Below, piece by piece: positions 56,651 to 64,000 of a DNA stretch of 64,000 nt (position 1 is its first letter; every line of letters begins with the position of its first letter). The notes under the pieces were generated by a model that worked only from the letters and a program-made list of their open reading frames with translations, had not been told where the DNA came from and made no database searches. Position numbers and translations under genes: made by a program. Location of the stretch: assembly GCA_900088475.1 (NCBI GenBank), contig FLMG01000941.1:248001-312000 (forward strand), in the 5' to 3' direction. The DNA is from Hyphochytrium catenoides. Lineage: Eukaryota > Protista > Hyphochytriomycota.

Positions 56651-59019
56651 TCAATCCATCTGCCCCTCTCTACGAGCTGACTGCACCTCCTCACTCTCGT
56701 CGGTTACCGATGCTTTCATTTGCGCCTGTACTGCTTCGGCGCTCTGGCGTAGTTGCTTGATGGTCTGTGGAGCTGTATAAAGCACTTCCTCCATCACGTT
56801 GCGGCACTCTTGCAACACACCTTCAAAGCATAGGCATACTTAGAATAAGAGGCAACTATAGACCGAACTATATAAAGGCTGAGGCAGGAGAGGAATGTCT
56901 GAGGGCATGCATCCATGCAGAAGCAAAGTTGTGAACAGTCAAACAGCCGAATTATGAGGACGATGAAGTATTATAAGGGAGCTAGATGTACAATCTCAAT
57001 CTGGAAAAAAGATATTTGTAGCGGTGCACGCCTCGGGATTGGTTGCATGGGAAGGGATGGGTAAGTGGTGATGAATGGCAGAAAGAGAGATGAAGCTCTG
57101 AGCAACACTACGTAGGGGGAGACTGTAGCAAGAATTTCCTCAGACATGAGTCACGAGGTGCAGTATGGAAACACCAGTACCTCCAAAAGTCATATAAGAG
57201 GCGCCCATCTCATGCCATAGTCTATCTAGGGCCAACATTGCTGCACGTGGGGCGGCAGGTGAAATAGAAGTCGAGAGAGGGTCGGTGAGCTAGAGTGGGG
57301 AAAGGAGGGCCAGAGACTGAAAAAGAGAAGCTGAGATAAGTCGCGATCATAGAGCGACTTGTGAAAAGTGGAGATTCCATCAAAGATAAGGGATAGAACG
57401 CAAAAAGGCGTACCGGCGACAAAGAGCTCATAAAAGGCGTCCGGGTCTTCGAAAAGCTTCCAATAATTTGTGCGCGTTTCTTTGAAAGAGCCGTCCCCAA
57501 GCTGTACGTGGAGAGATCACATGGCGCAGAAACGCCCACGGAGAGATTGCAGATCTAGAGTTAGCGCACAGGTAGGGGCAGCTCTTCCAGATTCTTACCC
57601 TAAGCATCCCTGCCAACAAGCAAGTGACGTTGATCCCCGCTACAGCCACTGGGTAAGAATCTTTACCTTCTTTCGGCTTCTGCTCCTCTATTATCTTCAT
57701 CATCTGGAATGAAATAAAGCCCAAGTAACAGAAAGAGATCAAAAACAGCGTCAGTGAAAGCTCCTTAACGTGGCCCTATCTTCCTCTCCTAATCCAATAG
57801 GAGGTATTTTCCTGATAATTTACCTTCACGTTATGCTCCTCCAATGCATAAACCAAGCACCTCAGAGCTAACATGCCTCCGCCTCTAAAGTCAGTATCTG
57901 GACTGGGCCTTTGAAAGCCCATCAGAAGCCACTCCTCTCCTTCTTTCAAGAAGCTGATAGGCTCTTGGTTGTTATTGTCAGTATGAGAGTTATGGACAGC
58001 ATCCCACATCCGATGCAGAAGCTGCTCGTACGTTTCGTGACTTGGATCCACCTTCGGACGGGAGCAAAGAAGACCGAAGAGGTCGTGAACAAAACTCACT
58101 ACTATCATCGCACGGTGCGTAAGCCCTCAGAACTTTTTTGAAGCAGAGCAGTAGTACGGGATATCCCAGAGTCAGGTACTGGGGACGGCGACTAGTCTAA
58201 AAGCTTAGTAGGGACAGAAGAATAGTTCAAAAGGAACAGGGCGCCACAAGGAATATAAGGTAAGCGGTTGGGAGTACCTACCGGAGTCTGCAGGCTTATC
58301 CTAAGTATATTTAGCTGGCTGATGGCAGCAGGGGAAGGTGTACCTCCAAGAATTGTGGTGTTGAGTCTTTTGTTTAGCTCCTTCCGCCCTTTCTCTCCCT
58401 TCTCCTTCAACTCTGCCATCAATTCTCCTGTCTGCGCCTTCGTATAGACCTGCTTAAGGGAGAGACTCAAGCCAGAGAAGGCGGAAGAGAGTCTCTTTTT
58501 GGCCTCTTCAACTTCTTTTTTCAACCCTTCGGTGGTGGCGGAGGCTCTTTGCTCCGCAGTCATAACTGTCCCTGGATTGACTGCTTCACAGATCTCGCAA
58601 TAGTTCAGGAGAGAATTGTTCCTGAAGGTACAGCACGGACATACCCAGAAAGAATAACTGTAGCGTTCGCTGGGAGGGACAATATCTGAAGACGAGGAGG
58701 GAAGAGATGAAGATGATGGACGAGATGCAGCCGTTGCAGAGGCCACAGGCAGTGGGGGAAGTGGCACAATAGTTGGCTGCTCCCACCAGGGCGTACCAGC
58801 ACTGGAAGGAGTCGTTGATGACTGCTCTGACTGCCCAAAGATATCTGTATCTGCCGACGACGAGGCTTGACTTTGAGGAGGAGGGAGAGGAGATGAGGAG
58901 CGCGGCGCGCCGCAGGCTTCACAGAGGGCACCGGGGCTCATGTTGCTGTTAATTAGTGTGCAGCGATGACATCTCCAGCTGGAAAATGGTCTACTCTGCT
59001 CGTCTTCTGCTTCGTCCAT
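56651..59019 (-). CDS. ELMO-domain protein (ELMOD-type ARF/ARL GAP) with two N-terminal RanBP2/NZF zinc fingers
   Basis: Fingers WRCHRCTLIN...CEAC and WVCPCCTFRN...CEIC. ELMO motifs WLLMGFQRPSPDTDFRGGGMLAL, YPVAVAGINVT, GASYMTF. Stop at 56651-56653. Confidence 0.88.
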
Positions 59020-59718
59020 TGCTTTCAACAACCACAACGCACCGACTCCTCCTCTGGGGTTCCTCGCCTTGACAGGAGAGACAGGACAAAACTTGCTCGC
59101 TGTTGCTGAGTCAAGATAACAATCTAATCACTTCCCATACCATCTTTGTAGAGAGACACAGCTTGGAAACTAAGGAAGAAGCTAAGACCGAGGAATCATG
59201 AGATCTAATGCCCAGCCGGGCGATGACAGAACCAGAGCAGAACAGTGAGTGAAGAGCTGTCATCGGCGTGGCCCACTTTCTTCTGTCAATGCATCGCTTG
59301 CTTGATGATCCGTTTTCTGATCAACAAAGGTAACCAAAAGCTCACTCAAAGGCACTAAGGAATGCAATGTACGGGATAGAGAGGCCCAACATTCCATATA
59401 AGCATTGATTTCATTAACAGTTTTTAACCAAACGGCATCATGACAATCAAGAATACAACCACATAGTTACTACTCAGCAGTTACTTTTCCTTGGTGTCCA
59501 TTCAAGATCTGTGCTTTTCGACCACTCTTAACCAGAATAGAATGGCTTCTATTTTTGATATAGAGTAATTTGGAAGCCAGGGTTCGTGGTTGAGGTGGCT
59601 CCTGTGGCACGTTAGCGGTCAAGATCATAGGGGAAGAAGTCCATCATCTCCACCCGAGCATAAGAGTCCCAGAAAGCGCGAGACAGAGTTATACTAGAGA
59701 CGCTAGACGCTAAGGCTA

Positions 59719-59727
59719 TTAGGGTTT
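59719..59727 (-). promoter_or_regulatory. Telo-box-like motif (AAACCCTAA) about 210 bp upstream of the eIF3e start codon
   Basis: ttagggttt on the + strand. A single 9-mer, so it could be chance. Confidence 0.2.
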
Positions 59728-59939
59728 AAGCGGCAGAAAGAGCTATCTAGAGTATGTTGCGGACCGGAGCCTCCCAGCGCAATGGAGATCATCGGCTCAG
59801 TGGATCTCGTCTGAAACTCTGCCTCGTAATCTCCACGTTGTCGGGCGGAGAGACATCCAATACGGCCTCCGCAGACAGACAAGTACCCTCTTTCCTCTAG
59901 CTTACACGGCGCTTATCCTTATTTACATCTTAGAGAAAG

Positions 59940-62857
59940 ATGGTGGAGTCAACAGAGCTCGCGGCTGATCCAGGTAAAAACTCTAAAGTGGGAGGGAGTA
60001 GGTGCTTCTGCTGGCGATGGCCTTGACTTTACGTCTTCTGAGACTGACATAGATTTTGATATGAGGATTGTGATAGACGGGTCAACCTAACGATAGAGCT
60101 CTCATCGCAGTCTCTAACGTCTTATCGTTGTTTTTTATCGCAGCCTATGACTTGACACAGGTGCTGTCGCCATTCTTGGATCTGCACCTGGTCTTCCCGC
60201 TCATCCAGTTTATCGAAGAGAGGGAAATGTACAGTCCAGAGGGGCTCTTACAAGCTAAGCTAGACCTGCTTCGGCCGACGAATATGATAGATTATGCGAA
60301 GGATATATACTGCCAGCTCAACAACACAGAGGATGCTCCTGCAGGTTGGGCTTGATGACCTCCTCTTATTGGGTTGCGGCCCCAACAACGCCTTTGCAAT
60401 TATCCTTTTCTATGTTGGGTATCTGTGACACTCGCGGACTGAGCTTTCTCATCGTGCGACAGAGTTTGATGAGAGAAGAGACACAATTCTAGATATTATG
60501 GCGTCTCTCAAGGATGAGGCCAAGGTTATCTTGGACCTAATAGAGGACCAAGAAGAGTTTGAAAGGCTTCAGACAAACAAGCAGTTTACCCGACAGCACC
60601 TGGCTGAGGCCTATGATGTGCGTTCGTGATTGCAAACATTATACTTTCGGATATCACTGAGCGCTGAACCCTCGTCCATAGATTCACACCGAGACTCTCG
60701 ATGCGCTGTACAAGTATGCTAAGTTCCAGTATGAGTGCGGCATCTACGGTGATGCACTTGTGTATCTGACTTGCTATTGGTACGCAACTCTCTCTTTTCT
60801 TCCTTGTCAGTTTCCTTCTTTGTCCAGAGTCCTAAGGCTAAGGACTATTAGATGGGGCGCGAACCTCCAGTGAGCGGCATGCCCAATGCTGAGCACGATA
60901 ACCTCTATGTTGCTTATTTTTGTGTGCTTCTAACCCTCTTTCGATGGCTGCTTCTCTTTGGGATGTTTACAGTCAACTTTTCGAGGACCACCCTTCAAAG
61001 GTGATCCCAGCGCTTTGGGGCAAGTTTGGCTCCGAGATTTTGATGATGGACTGGGATGCAGCTCTGGAATCTCTGAATAAGCTCAGAGACCTTTTGGATG
61101 GTCAGGTGAGGAGACTAGTAGAAGATAGAGCTAGTGCGCCATCAATAGCAGATATACAGAAAATATGTTTCTGTCAGGCGACGATCTTCTCGAGGATGCT
61201 TAAATTTAATCTTTGAGAACTGATTGGCGTCTCAAGATGCCACTGGGGAAAAAATTTGCCTGAGAGAAGACGTAGACGCCAGCTTTAGCCATCAAAAGCC
61301 CAATTCGCACCGAGGCTGTGGCTCATTTAGTCCATGATATTGTCGCTGCAGCGCTTCCCCGCTGCATGACTAACGCTGCTTTCCTCTCTCCTTGGTCCCT
61401 GCACTCAGTCGTTTGCAGCGCCTTTGGAACAGCTTCAACAGCGATCATGGCTTCTTCACTGGGCTCTGTTCGTCTTTTTCAATCATCCAGAAGGCAGAGA
61501 CAGTATCATCGACTTTTGCTTCCAGCAGAGGTCCGACCATCTGCTGCGATACTATCCCGGGCTGGCGCCTGCTCTTGGTTATTTGCCTCCTATTGTTCAT
61601 TTCTGATATTGGTACCTACCGCCGTGCCTCCCGTCACTTGGCTAACTGCAAACGGTGTGATTCTAGATACATGGAGGCTATCCAGACCAATTGCCCGTGG
61701 CTCTTACGCTACCTCACCACTGCAGTGATCATCAACAAAAGACGGCGCAATGTCTTGAAGGACCTAATCAAGGTTATCCAGCAGGTGCGATATATATCAA
61801 ATCGTCTCTTACTGTTCTGAAGGGTTTGGCGTCACCGACGGGGCCGGATCACTTTGTGCTCGTTGCTATGACAATGTTTATCTGCCTGTTTCTATTCATA
61901 ACATGCCTGCGTTTCTCTCTTCTAGGAGGGCAATACCTACAGAGACCCCATCGTTGACTTCTTTGAGTGTTTATACGTAAATTTCGACTTTGAGGGCGCT
62001 CACCAGAAGTTGAAAGAATGTGAAAGCGTGCTTGTTAGCGATTTCTTCCTTGTCTACTGCCATGAAGAGTTCATGGAGAACGCCAGACAGTTCATATTTG
62101 AGATCTACTGCAGGATACACCAGAAGATCGGCATCGGGTAAGTGTGGGCCTGGAGAGATACATACGGACGAGGCATGACTAGCGAGGCCTGAAGAAGTAT
62201 GACTGCTTGTTGGGGAACGGTAGTCAACCTACATTTTTTGCTGAGCAATCGAGAGCTTTCATCGGGAACTGGAGGGAAGGCAGACAGCGGGCAACAGTAA
62301 GAAAAACTGAGTCTCAATTTGACCTTTGACAGAATGTTAGCTGAGAAGCTGGGTATGGAGGAAGACCACGCTGAGAGATGGATAGTCGACCTCATTCGCG
62401 CCGCACGGCTGGATGCCAAGATTGACTCACAATCAGGAGTCGTCATCATGGGTACACAATCAGTTAACATGTAAGTGGGAGCCACAGGACAAGAGAGGTA
62501 GACGTACGGTATAGGAATAGGTATTTTTGTTGATTACGAAGCTCCGGGGAATTCAGTGACCTTAGGGACTGCTGACGAGCTCTCAACGTTTATCCTTTCT
62601 TCTAAAACTGATGCACCGTACACTGATGTTCCGCTCCCTCGTTGTCCGCTTTCAGCCATCAGCAGGTGATTGAGAAGACGAAGGACCTGGTAGCGAGAAG
62701 CCACGTCCTTGCCAACAATCTAGATGAGACCAATGAGTCTGGAGACCGCAAGAAGGGCGGCAGGAGAGACGATAGGGGAGACAGACACCGTGGAGACAGG
62801 GACAACAGGGAGAGAGGAGGGCGGAGAGATAACAGGGAGAGGCGTGACAGATACTAA
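59940..62857 (+). CDS. EIF3E: Eukaryotic translation initiation factor 3 subunit E
   Basis: [78 protein letters not shown] domain [28 protein letters not shown]. Confidence 0.96.
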
Positions 62858-63154
62858 GCTCTTATAGGAAGCGCCACCTTAACGTCTCCTACTCTGTCCT
62901 ACATGGTAGTCGTTCCAAAAGAGAAGGTGAAGTGACGAAGAGCAGGAGCAGTAAGCTTACATAGGAACAGCGTGCTGTGCCCTGAGGGTTTTCTATTGAA
63001 GCAAATAAACACGAAGACAATGACTGAATATTCATACTTAGAGTGCTTCCGCTTCACGTGCTTCCGCCTTCGATGTCTCCCTCTTGCTTGCGGCTTCGTT
63101 TTCCTGTTCTAGCGACTGATACGGGTCATAAGAGAAGCTGCCGAAGTTGGAAGT

Positions 63155-63287
63155 AGAAATGGACTCCAATCTTGCTGGCTGTCGTCACTGAATGCGCGAA
63201 GATGAATCGTGCGACAGTCACTCCTAGTAGGGTTCATTCATCTTCGCGCATTCAGTGACGACAACCAGCAAGATTGAGTCCATCTCT
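63155..63287. ncRNA. Long stem-loop 1 (~52-bp stem, 28-nt loop), candidate small-RNA precursor
   Basis: 63155-63207 pairs with 63236-63287, with one single-base bulge and two A-C mismatches (G-U pairs on the minus strand). Confidence 0.45.
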
Positions 63288-63434
63288 GATACTGTTGAAT
63301 GTCTGTCTGGAAGAGGTACAGCAAGCTGCGAAAGGCGATATAAAGGAGGTAATCATTCACTCAATCAGCGACCTCCCCTCCTCCCTAAGGGTTCAATGCT
63401 CCTGTCACCCCTGAGCTCGCAGCCTACCCCTAAC

Positions 63435-63592
63435 CCCACTTTCTTACTTCAACGCCATCAGGCTATTCTTATTGGCATGGATCGCACGGCGACGGCCTCG
63501 AAATTGTGACTCGTGGAGCATTGCTTGATCCACTTCAATTTGTGATTCATGACAATGAGAATAGCTTGATGGCGTTGAAGTGAGAAAGTGGG
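63435..63592 (+). ncRNA. Long stem-loop 2 (52-bp ungapped stem), candidate small-RNA precursor
   Basis: 63435-63486 pairs with 63541-63592: 46 Watson-Crick pairs, 5 G-U and 1 G-A on the + strand. The loop can pair further (aaattg/caattt, gtgga/tccac). Confidence 0.55.
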
Positions 63593-63607
63593 CAAGGTTT
63601 GCCCGAT

Positions 63608-63755
63608 GTCTCTTGAGCTCTTCGAATGCGCTGAACCCATACTTAAGCGCATTGGTCACAGAGACGAGAAATACAATCTCAAAGGATGGACGCAAAAGAC
63701 ATGCCTCTGTAACCAATGGACTTATGGGTTCAGCGCATTTGAAGAGCTCAGAGAC
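63608..63755. ncRNA. Long stem-loop 3, candidate small-RNA precursor
   Basis: 63614-63641 pairs with 63723-63750 (one G-U on +). It extends inward via cattggtcacagag/ctctgtaaccaatg and outward via gtctc/gagac. Confidence 0.45.
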
Positions 63756-64000
63756 CTTGTTCAAGCATACACCTTAGATAGGTTGGCCTTGAATCTCTGC
63801 CGCTGTCATCCGCGAACCGCCACCATCCTGCTGCCTTGCGTGCGTGCGCACAACAGACGTCTGGCCCGCATCCAGCATATGACAGATTCACAACGTCACA
63901 GGGACATGTGGCGCAAGAGCAGAATCCAGTTGCCAGTTGCCTTCAGTTCTTTGTAAGTTTCTGGAAGCCCGGCACATCTCCTTTGTCACCTCTGATATAT

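Noticed and set aside
63255-63956. Short ORFs on both strands sharing peptides (LQRHQAILI, YGFSAFEEL)
   Set aside because: The shared peptides are a by-product of the inverted repeats, not evidence of coding.

Overview
Intron-rich eukaryotic nuclear DNA with GT-AG introns, (CT)n/(AG)n tracts and four N gaps. A stramenopile/ochrophyte origin is my inference from protein sequence style. Recognisable genes: an acylated single-chain kinase with three cyclic-nucleotide-binding domains (570-4586, -), a trimethyllysine/gamma-butyrobetaine dioxygenase, a divergent intronless importin-alpha, an IMPACT/YigZ protein, a METTL21-type methyltransferase, a CDF metal transporter with two C-terminal domains, a TMEM198/DUF4203 protein, an uncharacterised SAM methyltransferase, gamma-tubulin, an NZF-ELMO protein and eIF3e, plus several hypothetical genes. 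The 12.9-27 kb stretch is gene-poor. It holds an ORF ending in a P2X7-ballast/KolX-like motif, a 497-bp MITE (24-bp TIRs, AGT target duplication) and decayed repeats. The most unusual unexplained signal is a cluster of three long, unrelated stem-loops just downstream of eIF3e (63155-63755), resembling a polycistronic small-RNA precursor. Exon structures were assembled by eye and family calls rest on motif recognition; no searches were run.
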